A stretch of 62,858 nt of DNA, the filler included, from Chrysochromulina tobinii (taxonomy: Eukaryota), in assembly GCA_001275005.1 (NCBI GenBank). It is 7 parts of 7 records of this genome, joined end to end, with 100 filler letters (N's around TTAATTAATTAA, not from the genome) between each part and the next. Parts side by side here need not be neighbours in the genome. Positions count along the whole stretch, not along the records: positions 26,485 to 48,408 come from JWZX01000716.1; positions 48,509 to 51,456 come from JWZX01000717.1; positions 51,557 to 62,858 come from JWZX01000718.1; 4 more parts are not named here. One strand, given 5' to 3'. Within the stretch, counting starts at the first letter, position 1. Each line of letters starts with the position of its first letter. The position numbers and the translations under genes were made by a program. The notes beneath the pieces are model-generated. The model had not been told where the DNA came from. It saw nothing but the letters and a program-made list of their open reading frames with translations, and made no database searches. Of this stretch, positions 40,398 through 51,831 are shown piece after piece.

Positions 40398-40981
40398 GCG
40401 GCAGTAGCAGCAGGCGCGGCCTCCGGCCCGACTTTTGGGTGGCGCTGCTGTGGCGACGGCTGGTCGGCCTTCGAGTGCTGCGCGCCGACGTGCACGCCCA
40501 CGAAGCCGCGCCATACGAGAACAGCAACTCAGTGCCACCGCTTCTTCCCCTCCGAGTCTACGCCTTCTGCTCCCGGCAAAAGACGCCCAGCGGAGGCGTC
40601 GTCCTGAGCGGAGGCGTCATCCTGCTGCTCATCAACCTGGGAACGCACGCAGCCGAAGCCGACGTCTCCACCCTTCTCACGCGCGCCACCAACGGCTCCG
40701 TAGCTGCCCAGGACGACGCCACTTTGGGCTTCGATGGCGGCGCGCGCGCACTGGCGCCGAAGACGCCCAGGACGACGCCGCGTCACGAGTGGCATCTGAA
40801 TGCTAGCTCCTTCTACGCCACCGAGGCCGTGCTCAATGGCATGCCGCTTCACAGCACGGACAGTGAAGTGCCCGAGCTCCCTCCGCCCCTTGTCATCGAC
40901 GAAGGTACCGTCGTGCACGTCAGCCCGCATTCAGCCAGCTTCGTCGAGTTCTTGAGCGCTCATTGGCCCGAGTGTCAGTGA
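38312..40981 (+). CDS. Heparanase-like GH79 beta-glucuronidase with type II membrane anchor, 2 exons
   Basis: FVCAALDWWP..KCDYG.CPW, LRLGGSLSD, GNEL (acid/base), LWVTEMGGAYNSG (nucleophile), CRQTLVGGSYGL and PDFWVALLWRRLVG. Intron 39558-39809 joins YHLYPLG|AGSISP. Confidence 0.92.
39581..39800. repeat. Intronic 11-mer tandem array, 20 copies (CTGATTGCATG x10, TCGATTGCATG x6, CCGATTGCATG x4)
   Basis: Counted directly; one CTG-type unit carries a substitution. Variants occur in contiguous blocks. Confidence 0.95.
39967..40103 (+). repeat. Coding 12-bp repeat (QEPQ/EPPR) insert in heparanase
   Basis: CAGGAGCCGCAG-type units in frame within exon 2. Confidence 0.85.
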
Positions 40982-41336
40982 ACGGCGAGCCCCGAAAAGT
41001 CACCGCAGTTGTATCCTCTTCCACACCGACCTGCTACAGAGGTACAGAGCGATAAAAGACCCTCAATACGATCAGAGACAGAGCGTAGGAGAGACTCAGT
41101 AGTTATTTCTAGCCGTCCGACGTATAGAATGCATTCTTAGAATCACGAGGACGCCCCGTAGCCCCGCTCGAGCTCGACTAGTTCTCGTACGTCGGTACCC
41201 ATGGAAGTAGCCCTCCCTCCGTCCTCGCCCGCCCGGCCCCCGCCGCTACCGACCGCGGAATTAACCTCCGTCGATACCCTGCGACACAGATGTAACGCTG
41301 TAGTACGGACACCACACGCTGGCTTCTCGGACTCGG

Positions 41337-43229
41337 TTAGTAGTCTGGCACGACACCGTCAGCGAGCGGAGTACGCCAAGGTCGGCGGCTGAGGAGCTCG
41401 TTGACAACAAAGTCTTCGCATTGGCGGGGTGAGAGCGGAGCACTTTGGCCTTCGCCGTCAGCTACAGCCTGCAGAGGCTCTTCGAGAGGCTCTTCTGAGA
41501 GCCTCGGCACGGTCGGTACGAGTATCGCGTGTGGATGCGCTCGCACGAAGAATGGCATCGCAAAGCGGCCGAGCTGCTTCGGTGCGGGCACACGGTGCAG
41601 CGCCGCGCGGATGCGGCCAGCAGTGAGGAACGCAAGCTGCTCCCCCGCAAAGATCGAGAGCTCGTCCGTCTGCAACTCCACCTCCGCGCGCCTCCACTGC
41701 TGGTGGTCTACATCATAGACCTGTAGGCCGGCGGACGCATCCGTTTGAGAGCCGTCCAGGCTGATCGGGGCCGGCGAGAGCGTCAACAGGCCAAGGTCTG
41801 CATGAAGGGTGCAGCCCTTGCCGCCCTTGTGAGACGGGACGTATCTCATCAGCCGTAGCACCGAGGGGCCGCCGAGAGGCCTAAACTCCGTGCTGTCCTC
41901 ATGATCGTCGTGGTTGACAGCATCGACCACGTCGGTGAGTGACGTCCACGCATCCTGCCGCAGGCCACAGGCCACACAAAGGGCTCGCAGGCAGATGGTC
42001 GCAGCGCGGCGCATCTCATGGAGCGCGATCCCAAACTCTTCGGGCACACCTGTGGGGAGAGGAGAGGGCGCGCCGTGGTGAGCACTTGCATGCACATGGA
42101 GCGCGATCCCAAACTCTTCGGGCACACCGGCAGGAAGCACAGTTGAACTGGGGCGGCCATCCTCATCGTCGTCGCCGTCGCCGTGTTCATCGGCGTCGCC
42201 GTCGCCGTCGGCGTTGCCGGCCCTCTCGGCCGCGCTCTTGCCGTGCTGCGCCCGGCGTAGCTGCAGCCATTCTCGTCCGATGTCGTCCCCAAACCCAGCG
42301 TAGCGACGACTGGTTGCCAAGCTGCCACGTGCGGCGCCCGCGATCCTGCAGTGCATCCTCGCCCGGTACGCGTCATTCGCTTGCTCAAAGTAGCCCGCCG
42401 CCATCACGCGGAGGCAGGCGCGTGTTGCTTCCGTGAGCCGAGCACTCCCGCGCACTCGTGCCACGCCGTGGGTGCGTAACCGTTCCAGCAGCTGAAGCGC
42501 TGCGCCCGAGGCACCACCGATCCCAATTTGGTCGAGGCCTTCCACTTCCGACGCGAGCGCCGCGAGCTCGATGGATTCCAGAGGCGGCGCCGGGACGTAC
42601 GCCGCTGCCGACCCTCGAAGGGAGGATGAGCGGACGATCACCTCGCACTGCACAGTTGGCGTCGACACAGGCGAAGCCGCGGACTCGGACTCTGAGATCG
42701 TCCGAGATCGCGGGAGGAGCCCATGGAGCAGCAGCAGGGGCAGGGGTGGGAAGGAGGCGTCGCCACACCGCGTGACTGCCACGACCTCCTCCTCAAGCGA
42801 CAGGTCCAGTGCGGAGCTGATGTGATCCGAGAGCTCATCAGCTTCTGTCGAAGTCTTCAAAGGCAACTCCACTGCGAGCGTCACTGATCGCTCGTGCAAA
42901 TGGAATTGGAACATGTGAGCGACTGACGAACTCGCAGAGCAGCGAGCATCCAAGGGAGGTTGCAGCTGTGAGCGTTCCGACGCCGTATTTGATATGCTGA
43001 GCTGCCTCTTGGCTTCGATGATTTCTGCATGCACGCGAAGCAGTCCGAGGCGGCCCTTGGCAACCATCTCGAGGTGCTGAGTCGTTGCCTCGTCATTGGC
43101 ACTACAGTCGTCTTCGTCCTGTGCACCATCGGCCTCTGTAGTGCGCGCATCTATGCTCGCTGTCGTTGCAGCTGGATACTCGGCATCGATGCATTCATCG
43201 GGATCCATTCGTACTTCATCGGGATCCAT
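41337..43229 (-). CDS. 2OG-Fe(II) dioxygenase (isopenicillin N synthase/DIOX-like) with N-terminal extension
   Basis: SVLRLMRY...CTLHADLGLLTL (HxD), GLQVYD, IFAGEQL, AALHRV and RFAMPFFVR. Likely start MDPDEVR at 43229. Confidence 0.85.
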   Translation of the reverse strand: MDPDEVRMDPDECIDAEYPAATTASIDARTTEADGAQDEDDCSANDEATTQHLEMVAKGRLGLLRVHAEIIEAKRQLSISNTASERSQLQPPLDARCSASSSVAHMFQFHLHERSVTLAVELPLKTSTEADELSDHISSALDLSLEEEVVAVTRCGDASFPPLPLLLLHGLLPRSRTISESESAASPVSTPTVQCEVIVRSSSLRGSAAAYVPAPPLESIELAALASEVEGLDQIGIGGASGAALQLLERLRTHGVARVRGSARLTEATRACLRVMAAGYFEQANDAYRARMHCRIAGAARGSLATSRRYAGFGDDIGREWLQLRRAQHGKSAAERAGNADGDGDADEHGDGDDDEDGRPSSTVLPAGVPEEFGIALHVHASAHHGAPSPLPTGVPEEFGIALHEMRRAATICLRALCVACGLRQDAWTSLTDVVDAVNHDDHEDSTEFRPLGGPSVLRLMRYVPSHKGGKGCTLHADLGLLTLSPAPISLDGSQTDASAGLQVYDVDHQQWRRAEVELQTDELSIFAGEQLAFLTAGRIRAALHRVPAPKQLGRFAMPFFVRAHPHAILVPTVPRLSEEPLEEPLQAVADGEGQSAPLSPRQCEDFVVNELLSRRPWRTPLADGVVPDY

Positions 43230-43679
43230 TCGTACGAACGAAAAGGAGAGACGGCTGGGCCTTTGCTCGGTGTGAACGCGAACGGGTGATGTTAGAAACG
43301 TCAAGTCAAGTCACATGTACTGTACATGTTAGTCCAGTCAAGTCACATGTACCCGTCCCGGGAGCGCCCTCACGAAACTCAACATCAACCCGACAAGATC
43401 CGATACCGGTAAGACACCGAGGGGAGCCGGTACACACGAAGACACGATACCGGAAAAAAGACACACCGGGGGGATCCGGGACACACAGTAAAAGGCGTGT
43501 GTGGGAGGCCTGGCTCAATAATAGCCCCTCTTATAAGCGCGCGCCCCGCGTCAGGGAAACGGTATCGGTACCGGTAAAGTTGCCCGTTCTGTCTTCTGAC
43601 CTTGTTTTTTGCGCGGTGATTGTGAAACGGCCGTGTGTGTGTGCAAGCTCGTGTTGCCTCCGGCCACGGACGGCGCTCG

Positions 43680-46469
43680 ATGGTCTTGCTGCCGCTGTCG
43701 CCTAGTCAGCCGCTTGCGAGCCATGCCATCCGTGATCGGCCTGTGATGCCCACGAGTCTACCTGCTGCTGCCCCGGCGGCCCATGCAGTGCGGGACCGAC
43801 CTGTGATGCCCACAAGCCTATCCGTCGATGCTCCGGTTCCCCCTGCAAGGCAAGATCGGCCTGTGATGCCCACGATCCCCACAACTCCTCCCACATTGAA
43901 ACGAAAATCATCTTTCATGGCGCGCAGCATCAGCACCAGCAGCAGCCCCGACAGCAGCATCCCCAGCCCCACCCGCCGCAGCATCTTCAGCAACTCCTTG
44001 TCTACCTCGTGGTCACGTTTCAAGATGAAGGGAGCCGGTGGGGCTATTGCACTCCTCGAAGCAGACCTAGACAGAACGGAGCAGATCATAAAACACGAGG
44101 AAAAGCTGAAGAAGGCCATGGGCCTAATCCGCAAGCTGTGGAGGCGCGCACGGCCAGGCGGTTGGAATCCACGGGCCAGACGCAATCTAGTGTCGTGGGA
44201 CTATGTGCTCAGTCCGAGCATCCTACAGCGACTCCGAGAGATGGAACATGAAAGGATCGAAGAAAGCTACAAGGCGAGCCGATGCAAGTTTGCGATGCTG
44301 GTCACTAAGCAGATCTTCGATGACGTCCTCAAGGAGCGCAAGCGCATACACGATCTAACCATGGCGGCGCTGAAGAAACGAGCCGACGAAGAAGAGGCCC
44401 GTCGGTTGGCCAGGATGCGAGCTCAAGCCGAGCGGGATGCCAGGGAGCGCGCTGAGTGTGAGCGTCAGGAGGCCGAGCGACTGAGGCGCGAGGCTGAGGA
44501 GCGGGCACGGCGCGAATGGATGGAGGAGGAGGCGATCCGAATGCTCGATCAGCAATTCACCGCAGAGGAACTCGCCATCGCGATGGGCCGCCGTCGCAAG
44601 GCAGCCGCCGACCTGGTACCCGGTCTCAAGCAGCACCTCTCTTGGTACTCAGCCAAGGCGTTGACACAGTACTCTCCGAACTCGATCCCATGGCAAGCGT
44701 TCCAGTCGACACCGATTGATTTCGGACGGCATGGGACGATTCCGATCGGCGCCGAGAGCCGGACGGCTCGGCGTGAGCCGGACGAGAGCCGTAAGGCACG
44801 TGCTGAAGCAGCGGTCGCCGCCTCGTTTGTGGACTCGGGCGTCGTGCGGCCCAAGACGCCGGTGCTGCGGCCGCCGACGTTCTTGAGGTATTCACCACGA
44901 AGCCCAGTCCCCATCAGGTTCGTGCCGCCGCCACCGCGGACATCGCTCGCCAGCCTGCGCAGCTCGCAGTCCCTCACGGTCCTGCCACCCAAGCGCACCA
45001 TCGCGAGCCGCGACTCGGCTCGCACGCCAAATAGCCAGCCTGCCGGCAGACGTGGCAGCAGCAGCACCGCACATCTGATGCCAGGGCATGGCGCCCGTTT
45101 GGGCAGTACGCCAGTCAAAGGCATGGTGCCCTTCAGCACTCCGGGCGTACTGGCTCCCGTCGAGAGTCATCCAGAACTGCTCCCGTCGGCCTCCAAGGGG
45201 CAGGAGGTCTGCACGAGCATTGCCTACCTGGGCATCACCATGGCTGGAGGATCGCCGCAGCTCCTCCCGATTGTCGACTCTGACGACCTCGTGGTGGTGC
45301 TCGAGATGGCGGGGCTGAAGCTCAAGAACTGGGGAGAAGAGAACGTCCTGCGCCTCTTTGCGGAACTCGAGACGCTCAAGGCGGCGCTTTGCTCGTACAA
45401 CGAGGCCGCCGCGCGCGAGGCACTCAACCGCCACCCTGCACCCACAAGCCACGTGGAGGACGATGGCGGTGTGCGCGACGCTGCCGATGAGGGTGAAAAG
45501 ATGATATTTATAGACAACCTGACGACTTTCTCGCCCCACCTGCTGCTCAAGCGGCGAATGCTGCGCGTCCACGTGCTGAGCGACGACGGGCAGCTTGAGC
45601 TCGTGAGGCTCGTGACGGGTACAGGCCCGTGGAAGCGCGACTCGTACGAACGACTGAGCGCGCGCCTGACGGATCGGGACTGGCCGAGCCGCATTGCGGT
45701 GGCCCTCGTCATGGAGGCGCTCGGGGTGGAGGAGGACCAGATCAAGCTGCTCGAGGCGCAGCCAAAGGTGCACGAGCGTCGCATCCAGCAGCCTGCGGCG
45801 TACCCAGGCCTGCGATGCGAGAGGACTCTTTTCGTGTCGAGGTTGCACGTGATCGGCCTGTCGCCCTTTGGGATGGGCGATTGGGTCTGGAGGCCCTTCC
45901 GCTACCAGGGGCCTCCCCTGCCCGCAACCAGCTTGAGCCGACCGAGCTCTCGCTCGGCTTTGGTTTCGATGAAGGTCCCTGCTGGAGTTGCAGCGCCTCT
46001 GCTGCCACGGCCTCCTTCCACCTCGTCCTCCTTGCTTCCGTCCCTCTTATCCATCCAACCATCTGCTGCTACCGATGACGACCAGCCGCGCCCAGTCACA
46101 GCGACAACTATTAGCACTCCCTCTCGTGGTAGCACTCCGAGACTCCAAACACCACTCCAACAACACGTTCGACAACTCCGAGCAGATAGAGCACTCCGAG
46201 CACTCCGGGACCCCGAGGGCCACGTGATCGGAGTCGATTTATCGGGTGTGAGCGGCAGCGACCAGAGAGCCAGTCAGTCAGTTCCCAATCAGTCAGTGCC
46301 GAATCCCCCAGTACATTCTCCTACGCTGCCGTCGCCCACTCCCTGGGATGTCGAGAGTGGTACGCAGGTGGCAGAGCTCGACCCGACTCCATTGCCGGAG
46401 GTCGACAGCGTGTTGTGGGAGGGCGCCGGCGCTCAGGGTTGGCGCGTAACTCCTCTGAAGTACAAGTAG
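43680..46469 (+). CDS. Hypothetical ~930-aa protein (low-complexity regions, charged coiled coil, globular C-terminal part)
   Basis: Long uninterrupted ORF with three N-terminal DRPVMPT repeats and an E/R-rich helix. Confidence 0.7.
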   Translation: MVLLPLSPSQPLASHAIRDRPVMPTSLPAAAPAAHAVRDRPVMPTSLSVDAPVPPARQDRPVMPTIPTTPPTLKRKSSFMARSISTSSSPDSSIPSPTRRSIFSNSLSTSWSRFKMKGAGGAIALLEADLDRTEQIIKHEEKLKKAMGLIRKLWRRARPGGWNPRARRNLVSWDYVLSPSILQRLREMEHERIEESYKASRCKFAMLVTKQIFDDVLKERKRIHDLTMAALKKRADEEEARRLARMRAQAERDARERAECERQEAERLRREAEERARREWMEEEAIRMLDQQFTAEELAIAMGRRRKAAADLVPGLKQHLSWYSAKALTQYSPNSIPWQAFQSTPIDFGRHGTIPIGAESRTARREPDESRKARAEAAVAASFVDSGVVRPKTPVLRPPTFLRYSPRSPVPIRFVPPPPRTSLASLRSSQSLTVLPPKRTIASRDSARTPNSQPAGRRGSSSTAHLMPGHGARLGSTPVKGMVPFSTPGVLAPVESHPELLPSASKGQEVCTSIAYLGITMAGGSPQLLPIVDSDDLVVVLEMAGLKLKNWGEENVLRLFAELETLKAALCSYNEAAAREALNRHPAPTSHVEDDGGVRDAADEGEKMIFIDNLTTFSPHLLLKRRMLRVHVLSDDGQLELVRLVTGTGPWKRDSYERLSARLTDRDWPSRIAVALVMEALGVEEDQIKLLEAQPKVHERRIQQPAAYPGLRCERTLFVSRLHVIGLSPFGMGDWVWRPFRYQGPPLPATSLSRPSSRSALVSMKVPAGVAAPLLPRPPSTSSSLLPSLLSIQPSAATDDDQPRPVTATTISTPSRGSTPRLQTPLQQHVRQLRADRALRALRDPEGHVIGVDLSGVSGSDQRASQSVPNQSVPNPPVHSPTLPSPTPWDVESGTQVAELDPTPLPEVDSVLWEGAGAQGWRVTPLKYK

Positions 46470-46676
46470 TAGAGTGTCGAGTTCAGTTCGGCGTAACAGT
46501 TAGCGAAGAGTTCCGTATAGTTGTATTTCGAGTATTTAGTACTAGTTAGTGCACTTCTAGGTTTCATCATTATAAATTCTGGCTCGGTGTAGGTCCTATC
46601 CGGATACCATCATGCATACTGCGTGTAGTCTACGATAAGTCTACGAATTTAGCGGGCACACTCACGGAGGCACTCG

Positions 46677-48158
46677 CTACACGACAGATTCACCCACTTC
46701 AATCCAGGTCGAAAAGTCGTCGTCGTCGCTCGCCTCCGCCTCAGGCGCCGCATCGCAGAGTATGCCATCGTGCCCATTGCCTTCGAACCAGTTGCCACGC
46801 AGTTCAGGCGTGGCACACGGCGACAGGCGCACCGCGGCCAGCCGATTGTGCACCAGCTCGCACCGGCTGACCCGCCCTCCGGCGTGATCGCAGATTCGGA
46901 GGCCTGTCGATCGAGAGCCATGGATGCGACAGCGCATGAGGGTGGGCGCAGCGGCGCTCCCACTCACGCGCACCGTCCCGTGCACCTCGCAGTGCGTCAT
47001 CGACTGCTGACCGCTGGTGCAATACACCGCGACGGCCTGCTGCTGGTTGCGCATAGCAAAGCTCATGTTGTGCACCGTGGCTCTACGACCCGCCGAGGCC
47101 GCAGCGAGGTACGCGCCGTCGCGCAGCTTGGCCCGGCCCACCGTGAAGCCGCCGAGCACGAGCGCCGGTTCCCAGCCCTGTGAGATCACGCGTACCGCAC
47201 CCGCAGTGCCCAGCCCGATGAGCTGCAGGTCGGCGGTGATGCGCACCGACTCCATGTACACGCCGGGCCGCACGAGCACGAGGCCGTGCCCGGCAGAGAT
47301 GGCACTGTTGATCGTGGGCGCATCGTCCGGCACCATCGTGACGTCTGGCGCGCCCATCTCGCGCTCTGCCGGCAGCGCTCCAAGCCACTTGAGGGCGCGG
47401 TACTTGGACGAAACCTTGCTCCATCCGGAGAGCCACATGCAAACGCCGGAGAGGCGCGCGATTCGCACGATCAGCTCGTCGGGCAGCACAGGCCAATGTG
47501 GGGAGGAGCTCTCGGTCGGAGGCGCGATCGGAAGTGCAGCGCTGGGTGCATTCTCAGACGTGGGAGGCGCGATCGGAAGTGCAGCGCTGGATGCATTCTC
47601 AAACTCCGTCCGCACGCCTTCATTGGAGGCGTCGGTCTGCATCTTCACCCCCACATCACAGGCAAGCTTAAACAGCCGCGACCGATCTTCGGAGGTCAGG
47701 ACGTTCGGTTGCCACAGCACTGCCATTTGCAGTGGCTCCGGTAGCGGTTTAGCCCGGATTTGGCGCACGTTTATCGTCAGTGCTTGGGCTTTCGTGAATC
47801 GGAATCGCTCGACTTGTGGCACTGCGTTATAGACGATCATGGACCAGATTTCGGCAGGGATTGCTGGTGCCACTCGGCCACGCAAGAGCAACAGGAAGAA
47901 CACGAATGATTGTGCGTCTCGCTCCATGAATTTAATGATCCTCGACCCTCCGGCGCGTTCGTCAATGCTAGCCCACATGCCTCGCATGAGCCACAGGTCG
48001 TCTTGCGCATCAACAAAGTTTTCTTGCAACCGCTCAAAAGTGCGCACGCGCACGTGCTTCGCTGAGACGCGCTGCTGCTGCACAATTGCAACGAACGCCG
48101 CGAGCGTCTCCGTCCATTCGGCGTAGGCGGGCAACAGAAGCGTCGTGGAAGTCTGCAT
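46677..48158 (-). CDS. F-box protein with right-handed beta-helix domain (FBXO10/11-like architecture)
   Basis: F-box-like WPVLPDELIVRIARL...SKVSSKYRAL, then VPDDAPTINSAI...VRPGVYMES and beta-helix rungs (CRIHGS, CELVHN, GNWFEGN). Confidence 0.75.
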   Translation of the reverse strand: MQTSTTLLLPAYAEWTETLAAFVAIVQQQRVSAKHVRVRTFERLQENFVDAQDDLWLMRGMWASIDERAGGSRIIKFMERDAQSFVFFLLLLRGRVAPAIPAEIWSMIVYNAVPQVERFRFTKAQALTINVRQIRAKPLPEPLQMAVLWQPNVLTSEDRSRLFKLACDVGVKMQTDASNEGVRTEFENASSAALPIAPPTSENAPSAALPIAPPTESSSPHWPVLPDELIVRIARLSGVCMWLSGWSKVSSKYRALKWLGALPAEREMGAPDVTMVPDDAPTINSAISAGHGLVLVRPGVYMESVRITADLQLIGLGTAGAVRVISQGWEPALVLGGFTVGRAKLRDGAYLAAASAGRRATVHNMSFAMRNQQQAVAVYCTSGQQSMTHCEVHGTVRVSGSAAAPTLMRCRIHGSRSTGLRICDHAGGRVSRCELVHNRLAAVRLSPCATPELRGNWFEGNGHDGILCDAAPEAEASDDDDFSTWIEVGESVV

Positions 48159-48408
48159 TTCTTTGCCGGAGTGCTGCTGAGAACTAAGGTACAGTACCTA
48201 GGCCGTGAAGTCTCGCGAAGTTCCAGCACTGTTGTCTTTGGTGCGGGGCGATAGACCCCGCCCCTCCCTTCTCGCCCAGCCGCTGCTTTTTATGTTATTT
48301 AATCCCCCCTATAAACACGTGTCGTCACATGTACACACCCACACCACAAATTCCTACTCCCTGCACACTCACCTCCCGCGTCGTCGTTGCCTACTCCCTG
48401 CCACTCGC

Positions 48409-48508
48409 NNNNNNNNNNNNNNNNNNNNNNNNNNNNNNNNNNNNNNNNNNNNTTAATTAATTAANNNNNNNNNNNNNNNNNNNNNNNNNNNNNNNNNNNN
48501 NNNNNNNN
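48409..48508. other. Artificial contig-joining spacer
   Basis: 44 N + TTAATTAATTAA + 44 N. Confidence 0.98.
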
Positions 48509-51456
48509 GCCATCGCCGCCGCCACCGCCGTCACCTCCACCCTCGCCTCCGCCACCCTCACCCCCACCTTTGCCGCCACCTCCTTCCCCTCCACCCTCTC
48601 CGCCCCCTCCCTCTCCGCCTCCATCGCCGCCCCCACCCTCGCCACCTCCCTCGCCTCCCCCTTCGCCGCCGCCGCCTTCGCCCCCTCCCTCACCACCCCC
48701 CTCGCCTCCGCCGCCATCACCTCCGCCACCCTCACCGCCGCCATCTCCACCACCCTCACCACCCCCCTCGCCACCGCCCTTGCCGCCGCCGCCATCGCCG
48801 CCGCCGCCATCGCCACCTCCCAACGCGCCGCCGCCCTACCCACCCTACTCCGCCCTTTTGGGCCTCATCCGCAGCCGCGCACTGCTCGTCCAGGGACTTA
48901 CCCTCGACGGCGACGTGTCCACCTTTGACGCCGGCCGTTTCCGGGTCCGTCTCTGCTCCCTCTTCACGCCACCCTGCAGCGCCAACGACGTCACTGGACT
49001 CACCGCGAGCGCGGGGTCGACTGTCCTCGAATTCACAATCCAGTACCGTTCAGTCCAGTCCCAGCGCACCTCGGGCCCGACGACACGCCACATGCGCGCC
49101 CGGCTGGCCGACACTTCCGCGCTCAGCGCAGCGCTCGCGCCCGAGTTCATCCTCAGCCCGCAAAACGCCGACCTGATGCGGCTCACCGAGCTGACGGAGC
49201 ACTTCTCAAACTCGCAGTTGATCGCACAGCTTCAGAGCATTAAGACGATCACTGGTGCCGGCTGGATCTTTTATCTCTGTGGCCTCTGGGGGCTGACGGC
49301 CTTCTGGTCGATCACCGCGCGTGGGCGCGCCTGCCGCGCACGCTCGCATAGCTCGTGGATCGAACGTTTCGTGCCTACGACCGAGACGGTGCAAGTGCTT
49401 GTGCTCAGCTCCTTCTTCCAGCTCATCCTGTGCCTCCTGTGTCACTGGGCGCTGCCCTTCATGCCCGAGGCGGAGTACACGATGCTCACGTGGTATCTGG
49501 GCATCGTGATCGGGGTCTTGGGCGCATGCTTCCAAAGTGGCTTCAACCGTTGGGTACGAGGCGAGTCGCTCTCCCTGCGCGCGGCGCTCGCCGTCGACAA
49601 GATCAACAAGAAGCCCGGAGAGAGCGACGGATGGTGTGATGAGGAGCGTGAGTATCGGTGCGTCTATGAGGCGGGCTCGGACCGAGCGCTCGGCCAACTC
49701 GCCACTCATGACTGGGAACAGAGCCACATGGAGATGGAGAGGCGTTATGGTCTCGTCGACCTCTCGGACAACGTCTTTGACGACGCGCCGCCGGAAAGGG
49801 ATGCGGGCATCCTCGCCGCATACCTGAACTCGAAGCTGAACGACCTCTTCACGAGCAAAAAGGAGGAGGAGCGACGTCGGTTGGAGGCTCGGAGCAAGCT
49901 GGCGCCCGAGATGCACGTGTGCGCGGTCGAGGTGCCCGTCGGGCTGCCCAGGACGACGCTGCGCGACGCGCTGCTCCAGTGGCGGCTCCGGCACACGGCC
50001 CACCCAACGGAGATGCTCGCGCTCGACTGGGCCCTCGGGCAGCTCGAGCCGAGCGGCTTCGAGCTGACCGCGGTCAAGGTGCCTGAGCAGGCTCGGCTGC
50101 TCGTCTACGATGCACTCATACAGTACACGCAGCAGCACGCCGAGCTGCAGCTCGATGCGGCGCACGCGGCGCGGGTGGCGGCGTCGCTCCAGCAGCTCTC
50201 GCCCCGATTCGAGGGCATCGAGGTCGGATTGCCCGATGACGGCGAGGAGACCCGCAAGGTGCGCAAGCTCGTGCAGAGCGCGCTGCAGGAACGGCTGACG
50301 CAAAAGGCGACGGGCAAGCATGCGCGTGACATCTCGCCCGAGGAAGGGCTCATGCTCCAGCATTGCATGCACTCGCTCGGCGACACGTTCAATCTGCTCG
50401 CAATCTCGCACACGCCGAGCTCCAATCTCGTGGACCACGAGGAGCAGCTGGGCCATCTCAAGGGCGAGATTGAGAAGCGGGCGGACGCAGCGCGAGACCA
50501 GAGCCTTGACTACTTGTACGAGGACGAGATCTATTGCCCGGTACCCCTCGTGAGCATGACCAAGCCGCCTGATGCTGTCGAGATGCTCGGGCGCGCCGCC
50601 GCGGGCAGAGGCCCGAGAGTGCGTCGGTCGAGGGAACATACCTCGTCGACCGGTAAGTCCATGAACGAGCGCGTAAGCAGCCGGTCCCTGGCAACGAGCG
50701 TCGTGGCGAGCCGTCTCCGACCGTCGACGCTAGCCCCATTAGCAGAGGAGTCCCCTGAAAGCGACGAGGGCGCGTCCACCCCGAGCGCCCATTCGTCGGT
50801 GCACGCCTTCCTTGGCTCTCTGCCCGCACACAGCGTTCTCGACGATGCGCTCACTCAGCCGTCGCTCACTCGGCCGTCGGCCGGAACCTTAGAGGACAAC
50901 GAAGCGATCAAAGGGGCTTTCGACGAGCTTGGCAAGTCGCCGCTGCCCGAGGTGCAGTTCCTGCCCTCAGACAGACGCCGCTCTCGCCGAGACTTGCCGA
51001 CGCCGCCGCTCTCGAAACGGGGCTCACCGCCGCTCTCACCGCCGCTCTCACCGCCGCTCTCACCGCCGCCGCTCTCGCCGCCGCTTGCCCGCGCGTTGCT
51101 AGGCAACCCGCACTATCGAAAGATAGGCTCGTCGACGCTACGGCGAGCTGATGCGGCGGAGGACCTCGAAAAGGGCGGCGAGACGAGCGAGAGCAGCAGC
51201 CTCTCCGAGAGTGGACTCAATGGAAAGTCCTCGCGCAACCTTCAACGACAGGCGACGGCGGGTACGCTCACGGCGCGTGAAGTGATGCGCGCGTGGTGGC
51301 GCTCCCAAAAAAAGGAAGCCGAACGGTACCACGACAAGATGCCGTGCTGGAAGCAGTACTCGGTCCTCTTCTTTGGGAGCATTCTCGTGGGAGCTTGCAC
51401 CATCGCCGTCATCACCCTGTTCTCCATCATCTCGCCCATCAACCAGTACTTCACGG
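48509..51456 (+). CDS. Membrane protein with extracellular SP3-4 (extensin-like) stalk; partial at both ends
   Basis: Open frame across the contig. PPPS repeats at 48510-48820, three TM helices around 49250-49540, and a further TM helix at the 3' end. Confidence 0.75.
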
Positions 51457-51556
51457 NNNNNNNNNNNNNNNNNNNNNNNNNNNNNNNNNNNNNNNNNNNN
51501 TTAATTAATTAANNNNNNNNNNNNNNNNNNNNNNNNNNNNNNNNNNNNNNNNNNNN
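51457..51556. other. Artificial contig-joining spacer
   Basis: 44 N + TTAATTAATTAA + 44 N. Confidence 0.98.
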
Positions 51557-51831
51557 CATCGATCGGTAACTGGCTCCCCGGCACGTTCATCATGGCGCTC
51601 GGCCTCTCCACCATCTATGGCAGCATGTTCAAGAAAGTCGACCGCTACCTCAATCTCAACCACTTATCGAATTGCTCAACCGTTTCGCACCCAAAGGCGG
51701 ACCTAGAGAGCGGCGCGAAGCCGAAGGTGGTGAAGATCATCAGCGCAACTCCCACGCAACTCGTCGCTACGAGCGATATCCCAGCAAAATCGCGCACCAT
51801 TCGGGCCGACAGTGCAACTGCAGACGACTGA
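51557..51831 (+). CDS. 3' end of a probable membrane protein; 5'-partial
   Basis: Frame is open from the contig edge: SIGNWLPGTFIMALGLSTIYGSMFKK...ATADD*. Confidence 0.45.

Noticed and set aside
10036..51556. TTAATTAATTAA flanked by N runs (six copies) as a biological repeat, and gene-cluster interpretations across them
   Set aside because: These are identical 100-nt artificial spacers with stops in all frames. Adjacent contigs, including the two converging beta-helix genes, need not be neighbours.
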